A DNA stretch of 63,658 nucleotides, the filler included, from Octopus bimaculoides (Eukaryota): the NCBI RefSeq assembly GCF_001194135.2. It is 6 parts of 6 records of this genome, joined end to end, with 100 filler letters (N's around TTAATTAATTAA, not from the genome) between each part and the next. Parts side by side here need not be neighbours in the genome. Positions count along the whole stretch, not along the records: positions 9,403 to 31,142 come from NC_068994.1; 5 more parts are not named here. One strand, 5' to 3'. Made by a program: the position numbers and the translations under genes. Within the stretch, counting starts at the first letter, position 1, and the number at the start of each line of letters is the position of its first letter. The notes under the pieces are model-generated. The model was not told the origin of the DNA. It made no database searches and was given only the letters and a program-made list of their open reading frames with translations. Shown here piece by piece: positions 11,276 through 24,440 of this stretch.

Positions 11276-11824
11276 GAATAATTATCATTTAAACAGTACA
11301 GGGTTTTGAAATGACAAATGGAAAATGATTATCCAATAACAACTTGAAATGGAAATTGTTCATGTCTAACTTAAGGGACAGCTCTACATTATACAATGCA
11401 GAGTAGATAAAAGAAAATTTTTAAATGACCAAATTGATTATCTTTGCAGCCAAAACTGCAAAGATAATCTGGAACTCAACTGATGAAAGAAAACTCTGAA
11501 TGACCCATCCTTGTTTTTTCTTGTCCCTTTTTGTATCATCCAACTGTCTGGATTTCTTGTCACCTGTTGCATTCTTGTTGCATTTTTTTTGTATTCTTTT
11601 ATATATNNNNNNNNNNCCTGATGTGAAACTGTGTGTTGAAACAGATATTGTATTTCGGGATGGTCATTTTTTTTCCCAAATAAACACACACTATATATTT
11701 GTTCTTCATTCATTCATTACTATTCTTTTTTTTTTTTTTAATTTTAACTCGACCATTGTCCAAAAATCTTTCGTCACATATCTATGACCTCTTCAGCGGA
11801 ACTTTTCATTTGCATGTGTGCTTT

Positions 11825-11969
11825 TGTTCCACTTACTCCATTCTGTTCTTTTAAGATGTGTATCCTTATGTGTGCATGCATTTGCATCTGCATGCATGCA
11901 AACACACACACAAAGCATGTGCACGTAAGAATGCACATCTTAGAAGAACAGAATGGGGTAAGTGGGGCA
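11825..11969. repeat. Imperfect ~55-bp inverted repeat (MITE-like hairpin)
   Basis: tgttccacttactccattctgttcttttaagatgtg (from 11825) pairs with cacatcttagaagaacagaatggggtaagtggggca (to 11969). Confidence 0.75.
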
Positions 11970-12628
11970 AGCATATGAAAAGATACAAAATATAAAGAAT
12001 AATCACAGACTAGTTTCGATGTTACCACTTACGTAATTGTCCACAACTCTTTAATGTGGTCGTCTTAGCAATATAATTTGCAGAACTATACACTGTGATT
12101 AATCTTTATATTTTGTATCTTTTCATTTGTCTTGCTTGCTTATGTTCTGGCATCTGCTGAATTTTCTTGAGAACAATCTTTTCTTAGTGATCAGACCATA
12201 GATAGTCTTCTTCTAGCATAATGGATGTCCACTTAGTGGTCATCCCTCTTATATGTATGTAATATAATTTTTTTGAATCTTCAGATTTTTCAATATGCTA
12301 AGGCACTGGTTTTAAATTGGTATTAATCAAATTAATATTCAATTTTTCACCCTTCTTATTTAGATTTATATATAATATGGTCCACATGAAGATGAAGCGA
12401 AGGAACAACAAACAAGTTGTATTAATTTAATGCTCAGGAAAAATAGAAGTGATTAATGTTTTGAACATCTGCTCTTCTACAGAAAGATTTGATGAGGAGA
12501 GAAAAAAGATGCTGAGAGAGAAACATGTTCTCTTATGCCCAGTTTTTTCTCAGCATATTTATATTCTGTCATTCACGCACGCTTACTTTGCACATCCAGC
12601 ATTCTTAAGACCTCTGTGTTCAAGGTTC

Positions 12629-12796
12629 TTATCTCATTACCATGCAACTTTGCAGTTTAAAGACAACCATTTGACACTCTTCCCTTTGGGAAGAAACCTT
12701 TGTTGCCAACAGTGATAGTAGGTCCTTCAACTCTGTCCAGCATAGCCTTGCTCTGGCTACTATACTTCCAGAGCAATTGAGCAGCCATCCCCTTTG
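12629..12796 (-). mobile_element. Decayed RTE ORF fragment (post-RT region)
   Basis: CSGSIVARARLCWTELKDLLSLLATK resembles the RTE motif SIVARIRIGWKKFRELLPLLATK. Confidence 0.6.
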
Positions 12797-13346
12797 CTAA
12801 TTACAAGTCTTAGGCCATCAACTACTCCATATACACACAGGCATAAACACCTTAAACACACACACACACACACTTACATGAAGTGCCCTCATCCCAACTC
12901 TTACCTTTATACACACACACATACTCAAGCAAAGTCATACTTGAGTATTCACAATGATATATATATATATATATATACTAAGACCGAATAATTCTCAAAG
13001 GTCTTAGTAGACACATGACATGTGATCTTCTTCTAGCACATTAGCAGTCCACCTAGTGGCCTCCTTTATATATATTTTTATATATTCTTATATATACATA
13101 TACAATAATTGTTTGAGATCTCAGATTTTTTCTGAATCTCCCTGATTCTTTTAATGTGCTTGTTACCTGGTATTAAATTGATATTAATTAATATCCAATT
13201 TTTTACCCTATTGTTTAATTTATATATATATANNNNNNNNNNNNNNNNNNNNNNNNNNNNNNNNNNNNNNNNNNNNNNNNNNNNNNNNNNNNNNNNNNNN
13301 NNNNNNNNNNNNNNNNNNNNNNNNNNATATATATAATATATATATA

Positions 13347-14602
13347 CAGGGTGCATAAGGTATTTGAGGACATATATTTTTGGGGTCATTGCTGCATTTT
13401 TTGCTAACACAGTATATTCTTTGTTTCAGAAAATAATAATGGCAGATGCTCAGCTTACTCAAGAAATGAAGAGGCATGCTGTTATTGTGGTTCTAAAGGC
13501 TGAGCATAGCAATTTAGAAATATCTCGATTTTTAAAAGTTGCCAGATTTTACGTCTACAGAGTGTGTAAGGAGCTAGAGACTGAAGATGGAAACATATCA
13601 CCAGTATCAAAGCATAAAAAGCATTCTAAATGTTCTGAAATCATCAAAACGTGAATTTATCCAGCAAGTTCAACGGACCATTGATTACAATCCCAGAAAG
13701 TCCATGAGGTCAATTGCAAAAGATCTCCATGTGTCAGAAGGAACAGTCAGAAATGTTGTCCACGAAGACATCAGATATAAGTCTTATACGATAAGGAAAG
13801 GTCAATTTGTCAGAAAAAGCAGAAGAAAATCACTACATCAGATCTAAAAGGTTCTTAAACAAACTGAAAAATCCAGCAGAAGATTTGATTTTTCTCAAAT
13901 GAGAAAAACTTCGACCAAGATCAGAAAGTTAACAGAAGAAATGACAGATGGTTATGTGCAGACCCTTCTGAAGTTCCAAGTGTTATGCAGTCAAAATTTC
14001 CTGCAACTGTCATGGCTTTAAGGATTGTCAGCAATGAAGGACATGTGATGCCTCATTACTTCTTTCCGCAAGGCCTTAGAGTTATCTCTGCTGCCTATAT
14101 TGAGGTCCTGGGAATAATTGTCAAGCCCTGGTTAGACAGTGCATGCAATGGAAGGCGTTATGTATTTCAGGAAGACTCTACACTATCACACATGGCTCTA
14201 GTAACACAGGAATGGATGGTTGAAAATTTTCATGATCACATAACCCCTAACATTCGGCTTCCTAATTCCCCAGATCTCAATGCATTGGACTATTACACAT
14301 GGTGCGTCATTGTGACTGAGGTCAATGAACAAGCCCATAACACCAAAGATTCTTTGAAAGCTGCCATAGTCAGAGTAATGTCCAAAATGAACCAGGACCA
14401 CTTGATTCAAGCATGTAGATGATTTAGATCGCATATAGAAGCAGTTGTTGAAACTGAAGGTGGCTTTGTTGAATAACATTATAGAAAAGAAGGTTTATCT
14501 TTATCCTCATAGCATTTTTCGATAAATAAAGTTATCTGTTATTATATATCTGGTTTTTTTTTTATAAACACAAATCTGCCCTCAAATATCTTATGCTCCC
14601 TG
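13347..14602 (+). mobile_element. Near full-length maT (DD37D) Tc1/mariner transposon, transposase pseudogene 13439-14476
   Basis: TIRs cagggtgcataaggtatttgagg and cctcaaatatcttatgctccctg, TA on both sides. There are 37 residues between the D of FQED and the D of SPDLNALD. Frameshifts and a premature TGA at 14420 disrupt the frame. Confidence 0.92.
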
Positions 14603-15078
14603 TATANNNNNNNNNNNNNNNNNNNNNNNNNNNNNNNNNNNNNNNNNNNNNNNNNNNNNNNNNNNNNNNNNNNNNNNNNNNNNNNNNNNNNNNNNNNNNN
14701 NNNNNNNNNNNNNNNNNNNNNNNNNNNNNNNNNNNNNNNNNNNNNNNNNNNNNNNNNNNNNNNNNNNNNNNNNNNNNNNNNNNNNNNNNNNNNNNNNNNN
14801 NNNNNNNNNNNNNNNNNNNNNNNNNNNNNNNNNNNNNNNNNNNNNNNNNNNNNNNNNNNNNNNNNNNNNNNNNNNNNNNNNNNNNNNNNNNNNNNNNNNN
14901 NNNNNNNNNNNNNNNNNNNNNNNNNNNNNNNNNNNNNNNNNNNNNNNNNNNNNNNNNNNNNNNNNNNNNNNNNNNNNNNNNNNNNNNNNNNNNNNNNNNN
15001 NNNNNNNNNNNNNNNNNNNNNNNNNNNNNNNNNNNNNNNNNNNNNNNNNNNNNNNNNNNNNNNNNNNNNNNNNNNNNN

Positions 15079-15113
<35 letters not shown>

Positions 15114-15305
15114 CACACACACACATATATATATATATGACGGGCTTCTTTCAGTTTCCATCTACCAAATCCACTCACAAGGCTTTGTTTGGCCCAAGGC
15201 TATAGTAGAGAACACTCGCCCATGATGCCACGCAGTAGGACTGAACCTGGAACGATGTGGTTGGTTAGCAAGCTATTTACCACACAGCCATGCCTGTGCC
15301 TACAC

Positions 15306-15378
<73 letters not shown>

Positions 15379-15671
15379 GATAGATAGGAAGTTTATCTGT
15401 ATATATCTTTATAGATATAGATATATATATATATGTATATATACATATACAGAGAGAGAGAGAGAGTGGGGAGAGAGTGAGAGGTGAGGGAAATTGGATA
15501 GATAAATACATAGACAAATACATACTGCAGTTTACGCACACACACACATATATATATATATATGTGTATAGACAGATAGATTGATCGATAGATACTATGA
15601 GATATATATGCATACGAGGCTGTGTAGGTGCTGCCATGTCATGCCTTTACAATTATGGTCTGCAATATGTG

Positions 15672-15727
<56 letters not shown>

Positions 15728-16259
15728 TACAGATTATACATGTGACAGAATCAAGTAAAAGATAAGATATAAATAATACGTATATACATATATATATATA
15801 CATATTACGTTTATGTCTGTATGAGCTCCTGTGTAATATGTGTACGTATATATATGTGTGTGTGTGTGTGTCTGTGGGTGTGAGAAGCACTATGAATGAG
15901 CTCACATATGTCTTATATGCCATGAAGAATCCAAGAATCTGTTGTGTAAGGAGAGAAGGCAAGCATGTTTACCTTCATCTCAAATCAATGGAAGCAGATG
16001 TTCCGTGGATAAGAAATTTGGAAAAGCAAAATGAGAAAATGTTAAATCTTTTTGTTGTTGGTGCTGCTTTTATTTATTTGCTGTCAGTTATAAGATGACA
16101 TTTTCAAGCCTTCAAGGAACACCTCGGAGTCGCGATCATTTCTGTATGCGCTTGTGCGCACATGTGCTTGCTAGTGTACGTGTTGTGTTTGCATACATAC
16201 ATATGTATAGACATATATATATATATATGTACATAAATATATACATATGTGTGTGTGTC

Positions 16260-16295
<36 letters not shown>

Positions 16296-16393
16296 CATAT
16301 ACATATATATACGTAAATATATCTATATGTATGTGAGTATATTTATATATACATATATATATATAAATATATCTATATGTATGTAAGTATATC

Positions 16394-16500
<107 letters not shown>

Positions 16501-16659
16501 CATACACAAACATGCATATATATATATATACACACACACAAACACATTTACATATATATATGTAAATACATACGTATATGTATATGTATGAATGGATGGA
16601 TCCCTAGTTATTGCAGTTTAACTGTCACATACCCTTTCTCTAGTGTTTGGTTTCTCACC

Positions 16660-17213
16660 TTTTTCTATATCTTTCAGTCTCTCTCTCACTCCCTCTCTCC
16701 CTCTATCTATCTATCTATCTGTCTATTTATCTATCTATCTGTCTATTTATCTATCTATCTATCATTCTTATGTGACATTTAGTCTTATCACTTTTGCCTT
16801 TCTCTCTCTCTATCTCGTTCTCTCTTTCTACTTCCCTGTATCTATCTGTAATTAGATACTACCTTTCCCAATAGTTTTTACTCTTTCTTTCTTTCTCTCT
16901 CTCTCTCTCTCTTTTCTCTCTCTTTCGCTTTCGACTCCTACTATTACCCTCATTCTTCTTTACTCCTTCTTTCTCGTTATCTTTCCCTCCATCGCTTTCT
17001 TTGTCTATAACACTATATAAATACCTTGTCTTCTCATTCATTTTATTCTCCCCAACCACTCTCTGTCTCTGTCTCTGTCTCTCTCTGTCTCTGTCTCTCT
17101 GTGTCTCTGTCTCTCTCTGTCTCTGTCTCTCTCTGTCTCTGTCTCTCTCTGTCTCTGTCTCTCTCTCTCACTCTGTCTCTCTGTCTCTCTCTGTCTCTCT
17201 TTGTCTCTCTCTG

Positions 17214-17247
<34 letters not shown>

Positions 17248-17331
17248 TCTGTCTTTCTCTGTCTTTCTCTCTGTCTCTCTCTGTCTGTCTGTCTCTGTCT
17301 GTCTGTCTCTCTGTCTCTGTCTCTGTGTCTA

Positions 17332-17363
<32 letters not shown>

Positions 17364-17723
17364 ACTCTCTCTTCTTCGAAGTATCTCTCTTCTGGTCTTC
17401 AAATTTCTTTCTCTCTCTACCATAATCTGAATCTCTCTTTTTCTCTCACCTAATCTCTTTCTTTCTCTCTCATAATATAAATCTTTCTAACTTATTTTCC
17501 CTTCCTCACACTAGCCCTGGTGTCGCCCTCTCTCTCTCTTTCTCTCTCTTTCTCCTTCTCTCTTTCTCTCTCTCTTTTTCTCTATCTTTTCCTTCTTTCT
17601 ATCTAATTCATTGTCACAATATTCTTCTCACTAAATCTCCTAAATCTCTCTCTGCTTACACCTTATACTTTCCTTTTCTCCATGCATCTCTTCTTCTCTC
17701 CAAATCTGTCTCCTTCTTTTCAA

Positions 17724-17771
<48 letters not shown>

Positions 17772-18125
17772 CCAAATTTTCCACTCCTCTTTCGGTCTCT
17801 CTTCCTCAAAGTCTCTCTTCCTCTCTCCAAGTATCCCCCCTCCTCTCCCGCTCCCTCTCCCCAAGTTTATCCCCTTCTCTCCTTCTCACTCATTCTCACC
17901 ATTTTCTTTCCTTCTCTCAAAGTCTCTCTTTTCTTCCTCCAAGTTTTTCTCTCCTTCTATCCATGTCTCTCCTCCTTCTCTTTGAATCTCTCTTCATCTT
18001 TCTCCCTTTCTCCAACTCTCTCTTTTTCTCCAAGTTCTCTTTCTCATTCAGTAGCGGTCCCTTCCCTCTCTCTCAATTTCCTTCTCTCTCCTCACTACTC
18101 ACTCTCTTTCTCTCTGTGACTCTCT
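16660..18125. repeat. ~1.5 kb polypyrimidine/polypurine tract ((CT)n, (CTGT)n, (CTAT)n)
   Basis: Directly visible; it produces the S/L- and R/E-rich pseudo-ORFs. Confidence 0.95.
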
Positions 18126-18515
18126 CATTTGCTCACCTGTAGCAAACGTCCCTGACAGACATGTAAAGACAGGTAGAAAAAGTCAAGTTGTTCTTCAATC
18201 CCTTCGGTGATGATAGAGAGCCTTATTGTGTAACCAGAAGATTAGTTTGTACAGAGATGTGGAGTGTATGCTTATGAAATGTGTGCATCTAAATATATCT
18301 GAAAACGTGTATGTCTACCTGTCCTTCAGGTCATATGTTTGTTACACACATACAAACATGCATACACATATACACACACACATATAAATATATACATATA
18401 TATACACATATACACACACATATATGTATATACGTATATACACACATACATAGATGTATATACATATATAGAATATATGAATCTATCTATTTATCTATCT
18501 ATTCTATTCTATCTG

Positions 18516-18555
<40 letters not shown>

Positions 18556-18663
18556 CCTATCTATCTATCTATTCTATATGTCTGTCTATCCATTCTATTC
18601 TACCTGTCTGTCTGTCTATCTATTCTATATGTCTGTCTATCTATTCTATTCTATCTGTCTGTC

Positions 18664-18694
<31 letters not shown>

Positions 18695-18723
18695 TCTATT
18701 CTATCTGTCTGTCTGTCTATCTA

Positions 18724-18789
<66 letters not shown>

Positions 18790-18849
18790 AATCAATCAAT
18801 ATATCTATCTATAAGTGTGTTTGTCTGTGTATGTGTGTATATAAAATAT

Positions 18850-19033
18850 AAATGTATATGTATATAGGTAGTACTGCCTGTAGTCAATGAAATCGACTTA
18901 TTCTTTGTAAGGCTAGTACTTATTCTATCAGTCTTTATTGCCGAACCACTAAGTTGCAGGGATATAAACACACCAACATTGGCTGTCAAGTGATAGTGGG
19001 TGGACAAGATAAGACACACATACATGTGCGCAT

Positions 19034-19077
<44 letters not shown>

Positions 19078-19320
19078 ACACACACAGATATATGCATACA
19101 TACATACATACATACATGCATACATTTTTTCAGACATACATACATATATACGTACTATGGCGAGCTTCTTTCAGTTTCCGTCTACCAAATCCACTCACAA
19201 GGCTTTGGTCAGCTCGAGGCTATAGTAGAAGGCACTTGCCCAAGGTGCCATGCAGTGGGATTGAACCCAGAACCATGTGGTTGGGAAGCAAACTTCTTAC
19301 CACAGATCAATGCCTGTGCC
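18850..19320 (-). mobile_element. Family-2 SINE with expanded internal (CA)n
   Basis: Reverse complement of the family-2 head (cttgcccaaggtgcca.gcagtggga.tgaaccc) and body. Confidence 0.8.
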
Positions 19321-19590
19321 TACTTGACCAAGATGGGCATCAAAACTGTCCCTCACTCTCCCTACAGTCTAGATCTTGCTCCCTATAACACATGGTTGTT
19401 CCCCAAGCTGAAAGACAAAATGAAGGAGGCTCTAACAAGGTTCCTGGACACCTTCACATTGGAAGATTTCCACAGGGTCTTCAGGAAGTAGCTGGGGTGC
19501 TTACAAAAAGTGCATTGAGGTCAGATGTTGAAAGTGATTTGAATTTTCGACATCTCTGAAATTAATAAATGTCCCTCGTAAAAGTCTCAA
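19321..19590 (+). mobile_element. mariner (DD34D-type) transposase C-terminal fragment and right end
   Basis: TKMGIKTVPHSPYSLDLAPYNTWLFPKLK resembles the HPPYSPDLAPCDFWLFPKLK motif. Confidence 0.75.
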
Positions 19591-20050
19591 ATATTCTGGA
19601 ATGCACCTGGTGTTTTTCTGAATACCGAGATATTTTTAGCATTGATCAAGTGGGAAAGGGAACCTGAGTGGTCAATGATGTGGATATTTTGAAAAGGAGT
19701 TTTTTCTATATTTGATTCTCAAATATGAACATTTCTTTTGGCCAAACTCCATCCTTGAATCAAATGCAGACATTTTTATTAAATCAAGGTGTTTTTGCAG
19801 CATTATAGCTATTTATAGTTTTGATCCTTACAAATACATATGCATGCACACACACACACGCACACACACACACACAACTGTGCGCACATGCAAAACACAG
19901 TAACACATATATATGCATGCATCCCTTTTGCTTACTACCTTTTACTTTCTATCACTGTCTACTTACATTCCATATATACATACATATATGGTTACATACA
20001 TATATGTGTATATGTATGTATATATATATATATATATATATAAATGTATG

Positions 20051-20168
<118 letters not shown>

Positions 20169-20174
20169 TATATA

Positions 20175-20425
20175 TATGTATATACTCTTTACTCTTTTTA
20201 CTCTTTTACTTGTTTCAGTCATTTGACTGTGGCCATGCTGGAGCACCACCTTTAGTTGAGCAAATTGACCCCAGAACTTATTCTTTGTAAGTCTAGTACT
20301 TATTCTATCGGTCTCTTTTGCCAAACTGGTAAGTTACGGGGACGTAAACACACCAGCATCAGTTGTCAAGCTATGTTGGGGAGACAAACACAAACACACA
20401 AACATATGCACACATATACATATAA

Positions 20426-20456
<31 letters not shown>

Positions 20457-20600
20457 CCTACATACGACGGGCTTCTTTCAGTTTCCGTCTACCAAATGCA
20501 CTCACAAGGCTTGGGTCGGCCCGAGGCTTTAGTAGAAGACACTTGCCCAAGGTGCCATGCAGTGGGACTGAACCCGGAACCATGCGGTTCGTAAGCAAGC
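20175..20600 (-). mobile_element. Family-2 SINE, near full length
   Basis: Reverse complement of the 41684-42165 type, including the (TTTTAC) tail repeats. Confidence 0.85.
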
Positions 20601-20624
20601 TATATATATGTGTGTGTGTGTATC

Positions 20625-20945
20625 ATCATCATCATCATCATCATCATTATCATCATCGTTTAACGTCCGTTTTCCATGCTGGCATGGGTTGGATGGTTTA
20701 ACTGGGGTCTGGGAAGGCAGTAGTCTGCACCAGGCCCCAATCTGATCTGGCAATGTTTCTACAGCTTGATGCCCTTCCTAACACCAACCAGTCAGAGAGT
20801 GTAGTGGATGCTTTTTATGTGCCACCAGTACAAGGGGCCAGAGGAGCTGGCATTGATCATGATTGGATAGTGCTTTTTACATGCCACCGGCACGGAAGCC
20901 AGTCAAGGCGGCATTGGCATCGGCCATTTTCGAATGGTGCTTTTT
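20625..20945 (-). mobile_element. RTE 3'-UTR tail ending in (GAT)n; related copies at ~6775-6915(-), 30820-31125(+), 54206-54410(+), 62040-62230(-), 62400-62800(+)
   Basis: Shared ggttggcgttaggaagggcatccagctgtagaaac...aacccatgc.agcatggaaa.cggacgttaaa.gatgatgatg. Assignment to RTE is inferred. Confidence 0.7.
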
Positions 20946-21039
20946 CTATATATCTATCTATCCATCTATCTATCTATCTATCTATCAATCTATCTATCTA
21001 TCAATCTATCTATCTATCTACATACACACAGACACACAG

Positions 21040-21111
<72 letters not shown>

Positions 21112-22509
21112 ACANNNNNNNNNNNNNNNNNNNNNNNNNNNNNNNNNNNNNNNNNNNNNNNNNNNNNNNNNNNNNNNNNNNNNNNNNNNNNNNNNNNNNN
21201 NNNNNNNNNNNNNNNNNNNNNNNNNNNNNNNNNNNNNNNNNNNNNNNNNNNNNNNNNNNNNNNNNNNNNNNNNNNNNNNNNNNNNNNNNNNNNNNNNNNN
21301 NNNNNNNNNNNNNNNNNNNNNNNNNNNNNNNNNNNNNNNNNNNNNNNNNNNNNNNNNNNNNNNNNNNNNNNNNNNNNNNNNNNNNNNNNNNNNNNNNNNN
21401 NNNNNNNNNNNNNNNNNNNNNNNNNNNNNNNNNNNNNNNNNNNNNNNNNNNNNNNNNNNNNNNNNNNNNNNNNNNNNNNNNNNNNNNNNNNNNNNNNNNN
21501 NNNNNNNNNNNNNNNNNNNNNNNNNNNNNNNNNNNNNNNNNNNNNNNNNNNNNNNNNNNNNNNNNNNNNNNNNNNNNNNNNNNNNNNNNNNNNNNNNNNN
21601 NNNNNNNNNNNNNNNNNNNNNNNNNNNNNNNNNNNNNNNNNNNNNNNNNNNNNNNNNNNNNNNNNNNNNNNNNNNNNNNNNNNNNNNNNNNNNNNNNNNN
21701 NNNNNNNNNNNNNNNNNNNNNNNNNNNNNNNNNNNNNNNNNNNNNNNNNNNNNNNNNNNNNNNNNNNNNNNNNNNNNNNNNNNNNNNNNNNNNNNNNNNN
21801 NNNNNNNNATATATATATATATATAAATGTTAGAGGTAATACTTGATAATTTATTTTTATGTTTTTAATTTATATGTATATATATATATACACATATATA
21901 TATAGAGACAGATGAAATATCGCTAAGAATTTTGCCCCGGGTGCTAATGATTCAGCCAGCTCACCACATTGATAATAATAATGATGATATTAATCCTTTC
22001 TAGGGGAGTGAGCTGGCAGAATTGTTAAGACGCTGGGCGAAATGTTTAGCGGTATTTCATCTGTTACATTCTGAGTTCAAATTCCGCTGAGGTCGACTTT
22101 GCCTTTCATCCTTTTGGGGTCAATTAAATAATTACAAGTTACTTTTACTTGTTTCAGTCATCAGGTTGTGATCATGCTGGGGCACATCTGTCATGGACCA
22201 ACTTTGCATACATGAGACTGATCACATCATGACAGCTGGAAAGAAGCTTCTTAGAAAATATTGTCTGATAAATGACCAAGGACACACACCTACAAGTTAC
22301 ACTATTCTACTGCAGTGAAGGCATGTGGCTTAGTGGTTAGGGTATTCAGCTCATGATTGCAAGGTCATGAGTTCGATTTCTAGTGATATGAGTCCTTGAG
22401 CAAGAAACTTTATTCCATCATGCTCCAGTCCACTCTGCTGCCAAAAATGAGTAAACCGGCTGTTTCATTGACTGGATCAACTAGAACCCTTGTTCTTGTA
22501 ACGGACTGA

Positions 22510-23630
22510 ATGCCAGGTTATTCTACTGCAACAAGTTATCTGAAGAAAGACTGCATACACAATAGTAAAAGTTCTTGCATGGATATGTTCCCAGAAGGTT
22601 TCAAAGTGATGGCAACATTGACAACCAAAGTAGTCTACCCTGAACTAGCAGCCAGGATATTAGCTCAGCTCTCCCTTTCAAGGATATTCTTTTGCAATAC
22701 AGGAGCAGAAAATGATCATAATATACATGATGTACTAGAAAGACAGGTATATAGATAAACCACCTAGATGTGACAAATGATGTAACATTTGTAAGATTCA
22801 CATAGAGGATGTCTCTGACATCATAAGTAGCTGCCTGAAAATGTCCTCATGGTTTTACCTATCTGTGAGACATAAACAAATTTCATTTCAAAGTTTCAGC
22901 TCAGAGCTGCGGCCATGCTGATGCACCACCGGTTGGAGCAATGTATAACGAAATCCTCAGAAAGGAGATGAATCGCTGCTACCTCTAATGGGCAAGTGTC
23001 CACCCTTGACAAGACTAAAGAAGGTTGAAATCATGTGATCTGGTGATCTTGGCACTGAAGGTTGCAGGGAGTTATCTCCTCACTAGTGATATAAAGAAGA
23101 GTGCATTTTGCACCAAAAGCCAACAGTTTAGTTTGTTCTAAGAGAACATCCATGTCTGAATGGGGATAAGTATTCAGAAGGATAATACTGAGGAGACAAA
23201 TATGAAAAAAAACTATGGCAATATCAAAGGAGTAACCCCACATAATTCAAAAGAATACTAGAGTAATGTCTCTCTCAAGACTTCCATGAAATGCAAGCAC
23301 AACAAACCAGACAGCAGAGATCTAGAACACAGAAAAGAAATTGAGTACAGCAGTTGAAATCAGTTGTCCAGTAAATGCCAACATAATGTAATGGGTTAAT
23401 GAAAAAGAGAACAACTATTCTGAACTAATGAGAAATATTCAGGTACTTCACTTGGACCATAAATTAAGATTTCTACCAATAATTATTGGAATATATGACT
23501 ACATGATTAACTGCTTCAGTGCCAATCTTGAGAAAGCTAGAAAGAAAATACCTAGTGAGAAGATTACAGTTACAAGCTGTTAAAAGTATTGTTAAAATTT
23601 GTAAAACATTCATGAAGTTCTACATGCAAT
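22510..23630 (+). mobile_element. Decayed R4/Dong-clade non-LTR retrotransposon C-terminus (CCHC finger + restriction-like endonuclease)
   Basis: FAIQEQ (22691); C-NIC-KIHIEDVSDIISSCLKMSSWFYLSVRH (22758-22873); KCKHNKPD (~23290-23312); VEISCPVNANI; EKENNYSEL; RRLQLQAVKSIVKICKTFMKF. It is interrupted by short insertions. Confidence 0.75.
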
Positions 23631-23695
23631 AAGATCTATATATGCAATGACACCCATACTTTATGTCCATGCATACATACTCACATATGTATGTA

Positions 23696-23875
23696 TGAGG
23701 AGGTGCTGAAAACTTCCTGGTTTTGGATAAAAGAAAATACAGGAGAATCAGTTAATTATGATTTTATTCATCATATTACCCTCTCAGATTCACATACTTA
23801 TTGCAGCAGTCCTTCAGTTTTTTTAAGTCCTGTAAAAAAAACTTGGAAGGTTGGGCCTCCAACCAGGCCTTTCAC
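23696..23875. mobile_element. mariner-derived ~210-bp MITE, truncated; other copies at 54916-55132 and 62902-63113
   Basis: TIR (t/c)gagggggtgctgaaaagttcctggcttt and aaagccaggaacttttcagcaccc, with TA flanks on the complete copies. Confidence 0.8.
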
Positions 23876-23882
23876 TATATCC

Positions 23883-24010
23883 TTAACCCTTTAGTATTCA
23901 GATTTTTCTGTTAAATGTAAAGCTTAATATTAACATTGTTTTGAATTAATCAAGTATTATTTTGTAGCTTCAAAATTTTGATGATATTTAGTTTTTTGAT
24001 AATTGTTTAA
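23883..24010. mobile_element. Possible piggyBac-type MITE end; related decayed copy at ~27345-27560
   Basis: TTAA|CCCTTTAG start; shared ttg..ttaattaatca.g.att. Confidence 0.4.
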
Positions 24011-24124
24011 CTTTAGAATGCCACAGTACTGGACATATCAATGCCTTATGAGTGAATTTGGTTGATGGAAACTGGGAATTTGGTAGATGGAAAACCCATC
24101 ATATAAATATAGATAGTTATAATG

Positions 24125-24440
24125 TGGTGGTGAAGATGCATGGATCAGTGGTTAGAGTGTCAAGCTCACAATCATGAGGTAGTGAGTTCGATTTCAAGAC
24201 ACTTTATTTCACATTGCTCCAGTTCACTCAGCTGTAGAAATGAGTTGCAACGTCACTGGTGCCAAGCTGTATTGGTCTTTGCATTTGACTTGAACAACAT
24301 CAGTGGTGCTGAGAGGGGAGGCTGGTATGCATGGGCGACTGCTGGTCCTCTATAAACAACCTTGCTTGGAGTTGTGCCTCAGAGGGTAACTTTCTAGGTG
24401 CAGTGCAATCCCATGGTCATTCATGACTGATGGGGGTCTT
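24125..24440 (+). mobile_element. tRNA-headed SINE, head 2 + tail D
   Basis: Head gcatggatcagtggttagagtgtc...gagttcgatttc, core ttgctccagttcactcagctgtagaaatgagt, and a tail unlike A, B or C. Confidence 0.65.

Noticed and set aside
18137-18151. Minus-strand cag|GGACGTTTGCTACAG|gtgag reading GTFAT, reminiscent of the AGMO GTF exon start
   Set aside because: The match is limited to three residues, and the frame does not continue with the expected VVYGL/HP motifs.
19700-19790. Minus-strand MEFGQKKCSYLRI, resembling an R4/Dong RT motif
   Set aside because: A single short motif with no supporting neighbours.
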